20,000 nt of DNA from an uncultured virus (IMG/VR IMGVR_UViG_3300030109_004684) (lineage: Duplodnaviria > Heunggongvirae > Uroviricota > Caudoviricetes > Crassvirales): the IMG/VR virus record IMGVR_UViG_3300030109_004684; one strand, written 5' to 3'. Of the stretch, positions 1 through 10,054 are shown piece by piece. Position 1 is the first letter of the stretch; each line of letters starts with the position of its first letter. Under the pieces are notes generated by a model that was given only the letters and a program-made list of their open reading frames with translations, was not told the origin of the DNA and ran no database searches. The translations under genes and the position numbers were made by a program.

Positions 1-243
1 TGTAGCTGGAACAACTATTTCCCAGTCTTTAGTACACTTTAACGTATCGTAACTTAATTCTTGTATACCTCTTGTTGCGAAAAAAGTTACATCTGTATCT
101 AGCACATTTTGACATATTTTATTTTCACCAACATATGTTGCTTTAAATGTATCTATAATTTCTTGTAAACTTATAAACTGATAACTACCATGATCGCCAC
201 CAGTTGCATAATAAGCTTGTTCGTCATTTGTTATTATTGCCAT
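1..243 (-). CDS. Putative virion structural protein (neck/tail ring-type), 3' end truncated by window edge
   Basis: Not in the ORF track. Manual translation from ATG at 243 gives an open frame to the window edge: MAIITNDEQAYYATGGDHGSYQFISLQEIIDTFKATYVGENKICQNVLDTDVTFFATRGIQELSYDTLKCTKDWEIVVPAT. It starts 3 nt after the upstream stop. Function inferred from position after the capsid genes. Confidence 0.7.
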   Translation of the reverse strand, partial: MAIITNDEQAYYATGGDHGSYQFISLQEIIDTFKATYVGENKICQNVLDTDVTFFATRGIQELSYDTLKCTKDWEIVVPAT

Positions 244-246
244 GTA

Positions 247-978
247 TTATTGTTTTACTTTTTGTTCTACTTGTGTTGCTTTTGTGCTACCTAAAGTAGC
301 TACATCTGGACTATTGATTATTACACCAGATAATTCTAGTATTTTAAAAACTAAAAGCCCACCTTCTACCTTGTGTAATTCAAAGTCTTGTAAGTCACTA
401 GCTGATGCATTATATAAAGCTTGGTTGTTTACTACTGTATAAGCCCAGTTAACTGTTTTTGGTATTCTAAAACACTCAACAGTAACGTTAGATGTTTTTT
501 CAGTAGTAGAACCAGCGTATACAACTATATCTCTACCTGTAACTCTATTATCTGCATATATTGGATCTGTATCAATCATATGTCTAACAGACTTTTTTAA
601 TCTTTCAGCTTCATTAATTGTAACCTTTCTACAAACTTGATCGTTAAAAAAAACTTGACCATATTGAAATATATCAATAGCAGCACCACTTACAGTTGTA
701 GTTGCTGGAAACGTATGTCCGCTTGTTACGGGTAAACTTTCTTTAAAAGGGGATAATTTTCTGTCGATTAACTCAGATATATTAGTTTCGTCAGTTTCAG
801 GATTAACTACAGGTTCTAATCTTTCTCTTGTGTTTTTGTCAAAAAAGTAAGATTGAAATATAGACATTTGAGCTTGGTTTGCAAGTAAGTTAAACTCTTG
901 AGGTGTAATATAACCTCTTTGTTCTTTATTAGCTATTGCTAAAACTCTTTGATATATTGTATCTACACTTATAGCCAT
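247..978 (-). CDS. Putative virion structural protein (head-tail ring/adaptor-like)
   Basis: 243-aa ORF. N-terminus VDTIYQRVLAIANKEQRGYITPQEFNLLANQAQ resembles helical adaptor/ring proteins found downstream of the capsid gene in Bacteroidota podoviruses; synteny. Confidence 0.6.
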   Translation of the reverse strand: MAISVDTIYQRVLAIANKEQRGYITPQEFNLLANQAQMSIFQSYFFDKNTRERLEPVVNPETDETNISELIDRKLSPFKESLPVTSGHTFPATTTVSGAAIDIFQYGQVFFNDQVCRKVTINEAERLKKSVRHMIDTDPIYADNRVTGRDIVVYAGSTTEKTSNVTVECFRIPKTVNWAYTVVNNQALYNASASDLQDFELHKVEGGLLVFKILELSGVIINSPDVATLGSTKATQVEQKVKQ

Positions 979-994
979 TATATTTTTTTATTTT

Positions 995-1032
995 TGTATT
1001 TGCAATCGCCCCGTAGAGCGACTGCATCTACA
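995..1032 (-). promoter_or_regulatory. Intergenic RNA hairpin with C(UACG)G tetraloop
   Basis: Minus strand TGCAGTCGCTC-TACG-GGGCGATTGCA (1001-1026) forms an 11-bp stem with two G-U pairs, extendable by TGTA/TACA. It is followed by an A-rich tract, not a U-tract. Confidence 0.7.
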
Positions 1033-1038
1033 AGTTGA

Positions 1039-1842
1039 TTATTTTAATCTTTTTTCTATTTGAGAATAAACCTCAACACCTTCATCAGTTTTAAACCAAG
1101 CGGCTAAAGCTGAATATGGATTTTCATCAAATGGAACCGTCATTAGTTTTCTACCAGTACTTTTCCAAGTGAAAGTTCTTTGATCTTGAGATAACTCTAT
1201 AATATGAGCCTCACAAGATTTAACCGCCATATTTCTTAGTTCTATATTTTCATCAGTAACTAATTCTAAGAATAATTGTGGTTTTCTTTTAGCAAATAAT
1301 AGTAAATCTCTTTTAAGTTCCTTAGAACTCATCTTAGACACTTCAGAACCTACTTCTACACGCATGATAGCTTCCATCATATCAATATCTAAATTATTCG
1401 CTGCATTCATAGCTGCTATTTCAAATTCTAACCAGTCTAAGTGATCTTCTGCTCTTTCAACAGGTTTATCTTCATAAAAAATAACATCTTTATCTGGGTG
1501 GTACATTGAAAGAAATTTTTGTAATACTACTTTTTCTTTTGGAAGATATAAATTACCACCTCTAAAAATAATGTGTGATAATCTTTGATCTCCTTTCATT
1601 TCATCTACAAAAACTGTTTTTTGGTTTTCACAGTATTTTATTTCTCTTTCATAACCTTTTTCTTCATCAAACCAAAATAAGTTTGCTGATCTAATGCTTC
1701 TTGATATAGGTTTTTTACTACCTTTTAGATAATACAATCTATCTTTTATTTCCCAGGTATCTTTTTTTGGCATTGGTGTTTCAACTACAGGAGTATCAAC
1801 AACAGGTGCCACTTCTTTTTTTGTTTGTTTTTTCTTTGCCAT
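1039..1842 (-). CDS. Conserved phage protein immediately downstream of the major capsid gene (function unknown)
   Basis: 267-aa ORF with a K/P/V-rich flexible N-terminus and a globular remainder; synteny. Confidence 0.6.
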   Translation of the reverse strand: MAKKKQTKKEVAPVVDTPVVETPMPKKDTWEIKDRLYYLKGSKKPISRSIRSANLFWFDEEKGYEREIKYCENQKTVFVDEMKGDQRLSHIIFRGGNLYLPKEKVVLQKFLSMYHPDKDVIFYEDKPVERAEDHLDWLEFEIAAMNAANNLDIDMMEAIMRVEVGSEVSKMSSKELKRDLLLFAKRKPQLFLELVTDENIELRNMAVKSCEAHIIELSQDQRTFTWKSTGRKLMTVPFDENPYSALAAWFKTDEGVEVYSQIEKRLK

Positions 1843-1865
1843 AATATAATATATAATAAAATTAA

Positions 1866-1902
1866 TAAAAATAAAGGGTCGAGGCCGAAGCCCCGACTCT
1901 TT
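1866..1902 (-). terminator. Rho-independent terminator after the major capsid gene
   Basis: Minus strand AAAGAGTCGGGGC-TTCG-GCCTCGACCCTTT followed by ATTTTT: GC-rich stem, C(UUCG)G tetraloop and U-rich tail, 13 nt after the capsid stop codon. Confidence 0.85.
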
Positions 1903-1915
1903 AAAATAATTGTGC

Positions 1916-3409
1916 TTACTTCATTAACATGAAATTGTTAGCACCTTGTACAACTAAACATCTTTCAGATAAGTAATGTATTTGCATTGCATCTAAAGCA
2001 GATGTAGTAGCTCCTACAGAACCAGTAACCCAAGTTTTCATTTTTCTATTGTCAGTTTGAGAAGCTCTAAATCTAACATGTAAAAATGGTCGCTTAAGGT
2101 TTTTACCTAATGATTGGTCATAAACAGTTGATACACCAGCTGGAATAATAACCCCACGGATAGCTGCGCTACCTGCTACGTCATTAATACCACCTCTTGT
2201 AGCTTTGTCATTTAAGTATCTAAAGTCAGACTTGTAGAAGTCATAAGAACCTCTTCGGAAACCAGAGAAACCTAAATTAAGTGCCATATCTTCTTCGTTG
2301 TCAAATACACCGTAAGAAGTACCACCAGCACCATAAGAGTTCATTGAAGCTAACATATCATCCATTGCTAAACTAGTAGCTCTGTTTACAAACATCATGT
2401 TTTCTTCAATAGCACCTTGCTTATCAAACTCAGCAAGTATCGCATCAAACTCAGCTAAATCAGTAGCAGCGTTAACACCAGTAACGCCAGAAGTTATATT
2501 ACCTCTAGCCTCAATAGCTGCAAATAAACCTTCAGTACCAGCACCACCAGCTCCTGCGTCAGCAGCACCTCTAATTTGTCCGTCATCACCAAAACCAATA
2601 ACAGAGTTAGCAACTGTTTTCTCAGCTTCTAACATTGTCATTTCTAAATAATCAGTGAAACGAGCTCTAGTGTCTCCTTCAGCTTTTAAGTACCATAAGT
2701 AACCAGATTGTCCTTCTTCACCAGATATTTCAACCCAACCAATTTGAGATGCATCAGATCCAGAGATCTCATAGTAATCTTTCATAATGATTGGCTTGTT
2801 AGTAAATGATTTGAAAGTTGGTGTTAAAGCTGTTCTTTTGTCAGATTTGAACGTACCAGTTTTATCAGTGTAAGATTGTCCTTTTCCATACTCAGAACCT
2901 ATAACTAATAAAGTAGATCCACTAGCTGTTGTAGCATGACCAGTTAAATCAGCTTTATCATAAGGCTCAACTGTAACAACAGCTGAATCTGGAGTTTCTA
3001 CTACTAAACACTTAGTAACGATACCAGCACTTGCAATAAGTACAATATCATTAGTTCTAATACCGTGAGTAGTAGTTAATGCATTACCATCAATATCAGT
3101 AACAACAGTAAACGTACCATTTGTATCACCTGCTGTAGCTACTGTACCTTTGTAAGATAAATGTAATCTTGACTGCTCAGACCAAATAACTTGATCAGCT
3201 GTCATAGATTCTTCAGCCCCAACTTGTGATAAGAAACCTGAAATAGTTCTCGGTCCGAAAACCTCAGCTTCTTTCTCCATTAGGTCTGGTAAATATTGTT
3301 GTGCCCACCCTGCGGTATCAGCACTTGTAAAATCAATGTAATTTGAAGATAGCGTTTGTTGCTGCGAAGCAGCTACACTATTCAAATCACTTCCTGCCGT
3401 AATTGCCAT
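1916..3409 (-). CDS. Major capsid protein
   Basis: 497 aa, A/G/T/S-rich, in the order terminase-portal-scaffold-capsid and followed by a strong terminator. Segments WAQQYLPDLMEKEAEVFGPRTISGFL and C-terminal HYLSERCLVVQGANNF resemble capsids of Bacteroidota podoviruses (recognition from memory). Confidence 0.85.
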   Translation of the reverse strand: MAITAGSDLNSVAASQQQTLSSNYIDFTSADTAGWAQQYLPDLMEKEAEVFGPRTISGFLSQVGAEESMTADQVIWSEQSRLHLSYKGTVATAGDTNGTFTVVTDIDGNALTTTHGIRTNDIVLIASAGIVTKCLVVETPDSAVVTVEPYDKADLTGHATTASGSTLLVIGSEYGKGQSYTDKTGTFKSDKRTALTPTFKSFTNKPIIMKDYYEISGSDASQIGWVEISGEEGQSGYLWYLKAEGDTRARFTDYLEMTMLEAEKTVANSVIGFGDDGQIRGAADAGAGGAGTEGLFAAIEARGNITSGVTGVNAATDLAEFDAILAEFDKQGAIEENMMFVNRATSLAMDDMLASMNSYGAGGTSYGVFDNEEDMALNLGFSGFRRGSYDFYKSDFRYLNDKATRGGINDVAGSAAIRGVIIPAGVSTVYDQSLGKNLKRPFLHVRFRASQTDNRKMKTWVTGSVGATTSALDAMQIHYLSERCLVVQGANNFMLMK

Positions 3410-3429
3410 AATTTTTAAATTTTAAATTG

Positions 3430-4584
3430 TTATTTATTTTTTTTTCTAATTTTAAACTTAAAATCATTAGAGTTATTTCCTAACGCTCTAACTTTTAAAC
3501 CTGAATTTACAATAGTATCACTATGTGATTCTCTTGGGTTCATGTCTATATTTTTAGATTTAGCAACACTATCTTTTAAAGCATCAGCTTTGCCTTGCTC
3601 GTAAAAATGTTTCGCTATTGCATCGGAGTTCATAGCAGTATATAAAGCTTTGTGATAGCCTTTAGCATCTTCTATTTGGTTATTGTCATTAAGAAACTTT
3701 CCAATGAAATTACCAATATCGCTTTGTTTTTCTTTTATTTCACCAGCATTATTAACATTAAACCTAAATCTTTTATCTCCAACGCTATATTCAAAACCTT
3801 TGAACTCATCGTTAAAAACTGTATCTGTTTTTTGTTTAAATGCTGAATGAGCTTGTTCTTCTGCTTGTTTTAACTCTTCAGATTCTTTGTTATATCTATT
3901 GAAGAAATCAACAGCTTTCTTTGCTTCGTCTGGAAGCTTAGAACCCATTTTAATATCTTCATAGTATTTGGACTTTAGCCCGTCCAGATGGCTTTTAGCG
4001 CTGGCAACTTGCTCTTTTAACGCTAATTTTTTTCTTTTTATTTCTTTTTCCTCATCAGAATCCTCGTTGTAAGAAAACTGATCTTCCATTAAAAAATCAA
4101 TTTCATCTGTTTTTAAATGAGGTTTTGTTGTTTTATAATATTCTTTAAGTAAAGTGTGGTTATCCATATCAGAATAATCTTTATTTAACTTTACATAATC
4201 GTTTATATTACCACCAGTTTCCTTCATGAAACTAACAAGCTTTTCTACATTTTCTGGTAAAACAGGTTTTTCTGGTTGTTTTACTTCTTGTTTTACAGGT
4301 GCTGGTTTTGGTTCTACTTTTTTCTCATTTGTTACTTCTTCAACAACTGGAGCTTGTTTTGTTTCAGTAGTTTTTTCTTCAACTGGTTTTTCTTGGGCCT
4401 TTATATCTTCAACTGGTTTTTTTAAATCTACCTTGGTTATTTCTTCGGCCTTTTCTTTTAATTCTTTTAAATCAACTTTAACAGGTCCACTGTCTTGTTG
4501 TTTAAATACTTTCTTTTTAGGTTTTTTAACCTTCAATTTTTCTACTGTATCGTCTACAATAGGTTGTTCTTTTTTTTCTGCCAT
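3430..4584 (-). CDS. Putative capsid scaffolding protein
   Basis: 384 aa with a highly charged E/K-rich disordered N-terminus and helical C-terminal region (HFYEQGKADA); located between portal and capsid genes. Confidence 0.65.
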   Translation of the reverse strand: MAEKKEQPIVDDTVEKLKVKKPKKKVFKQQDSGPVKVDLKELKEKAEEITKVDLKKPVEDIKAQEKPVEEKTTETKQAPVVEEVTNEKKVEPKPAPVKQEVKQPEKPVLPENVEKLVSFMKETGGNINDYVKLNKDYSDMDNHTLLKEYYKTTKPHLKTDEIDFLMEDQFSYNEDSDEEKEIKRKKLALKEQVASAKSHLDGLKSKYYEDIKMGSKLPDEAKKAVDFFNRYNKESEELKQAEEQAHSAFKQKTDTVFNDEFKGFEYSVGDKRFRFNVNNAGEIKEKQSDIGNFIGKFLNDNNQIEDAKGYHKALYTAMNSDAIAKHFYEQGKADALKDSVAKSKNIDMNPRESHSDTIVNSGLKVRALGNNSNDFKFKIRKKNK

Positions 4585-4614
4585 AATAAAATATTATATA
4601 ATTAATAAAATTGT

Positions 4615-7023
4615 TTACTTAGGTTCAAACGCACCTAATCTCATACCTCCACCAATAACATCGTTACCAGCTGATTCAAATGGTTTTTCTTTAATTGATT
4701 CTCTTTCTTTCATTAAATCTTTTTGTTGATCACCACTCATTATTGTTCTTTTGTCTTGCCTGTCTTGTCTTACTTCTTCGTTTTGCCTTTTGCTATCAAC
4801 ATCCATTTGTTTTAATTTCATGTTTATTTCGAACTCATGATCCATTAAAGCTTTTTTTACTTCAGCTTCCATTTGCAGTTTGTCTTGAGCTAGTTTGCCT
4901 TTAGCTTGCTCTATTTGTATCTGCATTTGTATTAATTGGTTTTGTTTTTCAACCTCTGCTTGAGCCGCCGCCTGTTGTTGTTGAGCATTAGCATCGGCTT
5001 GAGCCTTCATATTTTGCTGTTGCATTTCTTGCTCTTTTTGTTGTTTTTTCTTTCTGCGAAGTTTTAACAATTGATTAGCTAGTTTTGTATTTTTAATTTC
5101 TCTAAGATCAATAGCATCTTCCAAGTCTATACTTTGTTGTTGTAGCGCCATTTGAATATTATTTTCTAGTTTTGCTTTTTCTTCTTCGTCTGGCATTAAT
5201 TCTAAAAATATACCAAAATCATACAAATGTAATTCTGACATTTCTTCAAGTGTAGCTACATTATGTGCGCCTATGGCTTGTATAAAAGCATCTTTTGTAG
5301 GTGAATACTCTATAATGTCTGATATTCTAAGAGACAAAGCTTCACATATTTCTGCCGATATAAATAAACCAGCATTTAGTATATGTCTTGTTGCTGTATT
5401 TGAATTTGCAGCTGCCATTTTCTGAACACCTACTAAAGATCTTTCATCTGGCATACTACCATCTCTAGCTTCGTTTAAACCTGTAGTGTCTCTTATCATT
5501 TGTAAGTAATAATTATAAGTACCAATTAAACTTTGCATTTTAGCACCGCCACCTGATTGTATTTCTTGTATAGGTATTTTACCAGCATTAGGATCGCCAT
5601 CAGCAGTATAACTTCTACCTATAATACTACCAGTTTGGAAAAACATATTTAAAGCTTCTTGTGGATTGTAGTTTGTGCCATTACCTAAATCTATTTCAGC
5701 TAAACCATCTGCGTCTAAATATATACCATCTGGTATCATCCTAGACATTACTTGTTGTAATTTTAAATGTGTTAACTGTATCATATCAGCAAAACCAGTT
5801 ATCCTACTAACTAAACTCTCTATTTTACCGTTATACATTCTAGGCGCACATATACTATAGTTCATTTTTACTTTAGTAAAATCTGACTTAGGACGCATCA
5901 TGTTCTTTGCTTTCTCCCACTTCAAGATAATATCAGTACCAATTATCATTGCTCCTTCAAATAAACACTCTATTTTTCTGTCTAGTTTATCAAAGCTTCC
6001 TTCTTTGTTTTCTGGTGGATTAAAGTTATCATCTTTTTGTATTGCTCTTTCACCACCCGTACCAGTTTCTTTTACTTTGTAAACTTCATTTGTATAAGTT
6101 TTATAATTAAAATATAAAACAGTAACTTTATTGTAATCGTTATCATCTCGATATCCATAACCATGAACTTTGTGTCCTGGTCTATTAGATTTACTTTGTT
6201 GTATATCTTTTATTTGTTCTTCTGTTAAATGTGGAAATTGTTTAACTAATTCGTTTATAGGTATGTTTTTCACTTCACCAACATAATAACAATCTTCAAA
6301 ATACGGAGAATTAGTTTTAGAATAAACTAAATCTGCTGGGTCTACATAGTCAATAGTAACACCTTCAGATTTATTAAAAGATGTTTTACAAGCAGAAATA
6401 CCTAAAACTGTTAAATCATAATATAATCTTTTTCTTATAAGATCATAATTATTACCTTTTAGTAAAGTGTTTATAGCTTGTTCTTCTGCTATTTCTACAG
6501 CCTGTTTGTAATTAAGCTGCATATGTAAAGCTAACTCATCTTGGTTTTCTGGTAAATCTTCTTTTTTGTTTTCATAAAGATCCATGTTCATAAGATTTTG
6601 AGCCATATCATTAAACTCTTTAGTCTCCATATCTTTCTGTATAGACTCCATGTATTTTGTTCTCTTTTCAACACCAAATGGATCTTGTGAATAAGCATTT
6701 ACATTAAACACTCTTTCATTCATACCGTTAACAACAATATCAACAAATTTAGGTATTATCGGCACTGGTTTCCAGTCTAAGTTTAAATAAGATAAATCAC
6801 CATTAATTGACAATTCATCTTTATACTTTTGTATACTTTGCTCTCCTCTTGCGTATAATCTTAATTTATGAAAACTATTTATATCGTTTAAATATCTATT
6901 ATTATAACCAGAATCATCAAACCACTCTAATTCAATAGCTCTAGCTACTTTAAGCCCATATTCAACAGACAGTTTTTCACTGTCACTTACTACTTGGCTT
7001 GGAAAATTTGAATAACTTCTCAT
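4615..7023 (-). CDS. Portal protein
   Basis: 802 aa directly after the large terminase. LDWKPVPIIPKFVDIVVNGM segment and a long Q/E/K-rich C-terminal coiled-coil (barrel) as in P22-type and crAss-like portals. Confidence 0.85.
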   Translation of the reverse strand: MRSYSNFPSQVVSDSEKLSVEYGLKVARAIELEWFDDSGYNNRYLNDINSFHKLRLYARGEQSIQKYKDELSINGDLSYLNLDWKPVPIIPKFVDIVVNGMNERVFNVNAYSQDPFGVEKRTKYMESIQKDMETKEFNDMAQNLMNMDLYENKKEDLPENQDELALHMQLNYKQAVEIAEEQAINTLLKGNNYDLIRKRLYYDLTVLGISACKTSFNKSEGVTIDYVDPADLVYSKTNSPYFEDCYYVGEVKNIPINELVKQFPHLTEEQIKDIQQSKSNRPGHKVHGYGYRDDNDYNKVTVLYFNYKTYTNEVYKVKETGTGGERAIQKDDNFNPPENKEGSFDKLDRKIECLFEGAMIIGTDIILKWEKAKNMMRPKSDFTKVKMNYSICAPRMYNGKIESLVSRITGFADMIQLTHLKLQQVMSRMIPDGIYLDADGLAEIDLGNGTNYNPQEALNMFFQTGSIIGRSYTADGDPNAGKIPIQEIQSGGGAKMQSLIGTYNYYLQMIRDTTGLNEARDGSMPDERSLVGVQKMAAANSNTATRHILNAGLFISAEICEALSLRISDIIEYSPTKDAFIQAIGAHNVATLEEMSELHLYDFGIFLELMPDEEEKAKLENNIQMALQQQSIDLEDAIDLREIKNTKLANQLLKLRRKKKQQKEQEMQQQNMKAQADANAQQQQAAAQAEVEKQNQLIQMQIQIEQAKGKLAQDKLQMEAEVKKALMDHEFEINMKLKQMDVDSKRQNEEVRQDRQDKRTIMSGDQQKDLMKERESIKEKPFESAGNDVIGGGMRLGAFEPK

Positions 7024-7024
7024 A

Positions 7025-9244
7025 TTATTTTTTAATTAATTTTGACGTACTGCCTTTATTTGTATACCTGCCTATATTTAAATTTATTGGTTGTTTTTCT
7101 ACTTTAGCGTTTGGCGCATATAAATTTCTATTGCAAGCCATAATAGCAAGACCAGAACTTATAGATGCATCAAACTTTGTTCTTTTATTTATATCAAACT
7201 TTGCCCAATCATTTAATGTTCTATTAAAATACATATTACCCCAGTTTCCATTACCTATATCACCTACATATTGTTGTATATACATTTCAATAGCAGCAGC
7301 GTGTGCTTGTTTTATATCTTCACTTGAATTTGGTATACCACCTATTTCTTTTTCAGTTGTTGATAGTTTATTCCATATTTTATCAGGCCTATTCATACTA
7401 AAACCTCTGTAACCTCTACGTCTTATATAATAAAGTAATCTAGGTTTGTTGTTTTCTGCTAGTATTGGCATCCCGTAAAATATTAAAGCCATTAACATAT
7501 CTTCAAAAAATATTTCTGCGGTTTGTGGTCTAGCTATATATTCTAAAAAAAATTGATTAGGAGGAGCGTCTTCCATACTGAACTTAGTTAAACCGTGTAA
7601 TGATCCATTAGAGCCTCTACCATCTACTGTTCCTGATATATCATAACTATCACAACCAAAAGCGCCCATATGTTCATTACCAGGATATTTTATACCGTTT
7701 TTAATTATAATACGGTTTTGTAGGTTTTGAGGTGGTACCCAACTAATTTTAAATCTACCTTTTGGGTCTGGATAAAATATAACTTGTGTGTCTTTGATAC
7801 CGTTAACCCATTGAAAATTACCTGTAGATATAGTAGATGATGTTCCTCTACCTTCGTTGTAATCTATTTGATCATATATTCTTACTAAATTAAATATACT
7901 GTTTCTTGTTTCATCTCTAAACGCATGTTCTTCTGTTCTTGGGAACTGCCTGTAAAACTCATTTAAAGCATCATGATCATCTTTAAGCCCAGCAGCTTCA
8001 TTATCCCAATGCTCTATAATACCATAATCTATTAGTTCACCGTCTGGTCCGAGTACATCATTATTTGGATTATCAAAGACTGGATATCCATGTTCGTCAA
8101 TAAATCCCTCGTAGTTCCATTCCATTGGGATAAAGAGAGAATAAAGACCAGACTTTGTCTGTCCATTACGATTTCGTCTTGTAACATCCGATGCATTGTA
8201 TAATTTTTTAAAGTTATCACCTCCTTTTTCTAAAGCGTTAGACGTTGAACCCATCATGCACTTACCTACTATTCTACTACCTAGTCTTAGACATGTTTTA
8301 GTTACTCGCCAGTTGTTTAATATATTATCAGGTCTTTCCCACTTACCGCTTTCATCGTGTACAAGTAAATTAAGTTTTTCACCATCATAACTATTGTCTC
8401 CTGTATTTTTCCAGTCAATAGTTGTATCTAATCCTTGTATTTCTTCTAGACCATCTGTTGCTGTCATTTTTTTTCTTGTAAACTTACTAGCTGGTACCCT
8501 ATATGCTAGTTCTGATTTTGGCCTGTCCATACCATCTTGGATAGGTTTAAAGAAAAATGGATAATTAATACTAATAGGTACAACTTTGTCTGTAAACATT
8601 TTTTTAGCATCATTACCAGTTTTAGATAATATTCCATATCTACTATCACTTGCGAGAGTGGCTAAATTAACTGTTTCAGCTGAAGACATGAAACTAAAAC
8701 CACTACGCCTATTTTTTAAATAACACATACCATAACATCTGTTATCTGCTTTGCAAGCTTCCCAGAATATATAAAATAATCTGTTTGCTTCTCTAAAATC
8801 TGGAGCACCTACGTCTATTTTACTCCATTGCAAGTACATGTAATGTGTACCTGTTATATAAGTTGGCTTATTATTATTCATAAACCAAAAACCTTCTTCT
8901 CTTCTTTTGAATTCTTGGTCTATATAATCAAACCAATACTCTTTGTTTTCTTCTGGATAATCTCTCCAGTCAAATATATTTTTTAATCTACCTAATTCTT
9001 TTGGGTATTCTATTTTTTCCCATTTGTTTTTTCCATTGGTATACACGTGCACTGGCAGCAGCGGCAAAGCAATGCGCAGATTTTGTATCTCAAGTATTTC
9101 ACCAATTCTACCGCTTTTCGATATAACGATAACGTCATGTTCTTTATTGTATCCATATTTCCATTTTTTAGATTTGTTAAGACGACTTATAGTCGTTTTT
9201 TTAATCGGTTCTATTATTTTAACTAAACTTTGCTCGTACATCAT
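7025..9244 (-). CDS. terL: Terminase large subunit
   Basis: 739 aa. ATPase motifs: variant Walker A KNRRSGFS, Walker B LLVHDE, coupling motif MMGST. RNase H-like nuclease acidic motifs FGCDSYD, ILAENN and KFDASISSG. Confidence 0.92.
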   Translation of the reverse strand: MMYEQSLVKIIEPIKKTTISRLNKSKKWKYGYNKEHDVIVISKSGRIGEILEIQNLRIALPLLPVHVYTNGKNKWEKIEYPKELGRLKNIFDWRDYPEENKEYWFDYIDQEFKRREEGFWFMNNNKPTYITGTHYMYLQWSKIDVGAPDFREANRLFYIFWEACKADNRCYGMCYLKNRRSGFSFMSSAETVNLATLASDSRYGILSKTGNDAKKMFTDKVVPISINYPFFFKPIQDGMDRPKSELAYRVPASKFTRKKMTATDGLEEIQGLDTTIDWKNTGDNSYDGEKLNLLVHDESGKWERPDNILNNWRVTKTCLRLGSRIVGKCMMGSTSNALEKGGDNFKKLYNASDVTRRNRNGQTKSGLYSLFIPMEWNYEGFIDEHGYPVFDNPNNDVLGPDGELIDYGIIEHWDNEAAGLKDDHDALNEFYRQFPRTEEHAFRDETRNSIFNLVRIYDQIDYNEGRGTSSTISTGNFQWVNGIKDTQVIFYPDPKGRFKISWVPPQNLQNRIIIKNGIKYPGNEHMGAFGCDSYDISGTVDGRGSNGSLHGLTKFSMEDAPPNQFFLEYIARPQTAEIFFEDMLMALIFYGMPILAENNKPRLLYYIRRRGYRGFSMNRPDKIWNKLSTTEKEIGGIPNSSEDIKQAHAAAIEMYIQQYVGDIGNGNWGNMYFNRTLNDWAKFDINKRTKFDASISSGLAIMACNRNLYAPNAKVEKQPINLNIGRYTNKGSTSKLIKK

Positions 9245-9519
9245 TTAGACCTTCCTTCTGCGAAACCTTTAAAAGTTTTCTTTTTTACTTCTTCGGTTGT
9301 TTTTCCTTCAAGTAAATTTTCTTCTTCTTGGATTCTGTTTAATATTTCAAACGCATCAAATATAGCTAGCTTTTTAGTAGCTGCAGCGTTTTTTAATCTA
9401 TCAGCACTAACATCATCTTCTGTGTTTGTGATAATTTTTTCTTGTGCAACTTTTATTAACTCATCAACTGCTTTGCGCCCAGCTTGGATTATATTCTTCT
9501 TCGTTTCCTTGATATTCAT
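9241..9519 (-). CDS. Small helical protein, possible terminase small subunit
   Basis: 92 aa, helical-looking, coupled to terL by an ATGA overlap; assignment by position only. Confidence 0.4.
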   Translation of the reverse strand: MNIKETKKNIIQAGRKAVDELIKVAQEKIITNTEDDVSADRLKNAAATKKLAIFDAFEILNRIQEEENLLEGKTTEEVKKKTFKGFAEGRSK

Positions 9520-10054
9520 ATTTAATTGTAATAAATTTATTCATAACTCTATACAAACGTTTACCGTTTATTATAAACTCATATTCTGAAAATGGAGTAA
9601 AACCTACAAGTTCATTTTTATTAAACTCACCATCAGTATATTTTATTATACCTACACATCTTTCTTCTTTTTCAATATTTAAAAATTGTCTATCTTTTAT
9701 AGGTTGTACAAAACAATAACCATCTAAAGGCTTCCATTCGTTATTTGTTTTATATAAAAATATTTGATCTTGTTTTACTAAATAAGTATTTTCATTAAAA
9801 TAGCTTCTACTATTTTTTTCTCTACCTTTCACGTCATGCCAACGTCTAAAAACATTATGATGTACTATAATTGTATCTCCAGGTTTTATTTTTGTTTTAA
9901 AAGCTGTAGGAACTGATTTAACAATAGCTTCTCTATTTACAAACTCATGATTATAAACTTCTGTGTTTATTATTAACTCTGAGTTATCTATTTTAACTGT
10001 ATTGTTATATCTTTTTCCTTTTGGCTCTATAACAAAGTCAAAAGGTGCTTTCAT
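9464..10054 (-). CDS. GroES-like co-chaperonin with two tandem GroES-like domains
   Basis: 196 aa. First half MKAPFDFVIEP...ELIIN...AIVKSVP...IKPGDTIIVH and second half WKPLDGYCFVQP...VGIIKY...NELVGF...EFIINGKRLYRVMNKFI each follow the GroES pattern (xPLxDxVxV; GxVxxV; vkxGDxV; idGeeylim..xdI). Confidence 0.6.
   Translation of the reverse strand: MKAPFDFVIEPKGKRYNNTVKIDNSELIINTEVYNHEFVNREAIVKSVPTAFKTKIKPGDTIIVHHNVFRRWHDVKGREKNSRSYFNENTYLVKQDQIFLYKTNNEWKPLDGYCFVQPIKDRQFLNIEKEERCVGIIKYTDGEFNKNELVGFTPFSEYEFIINGKRLYRVMNKFITIKYEYQGNEEEYNPSWAQSS

Noticed and set aside
4376..4421. Direct repeat TCTTCAACTGGTTTTT in the scaffold gene
   Set aside because: Explained by repeated KPVE peptides in a disordered region.
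8032..8220. 62-aa minus-strand ORF inside terL
   Set aside because: Alternative frame nested in the conserved ATPase region; no independent support.
7025..9244. Intron or intein in terminase (also considered for portal and capsid)
   Set aside because: ORFs are continuous, of plausible size, and no intein or homing-endonuclease motifs were recognised.
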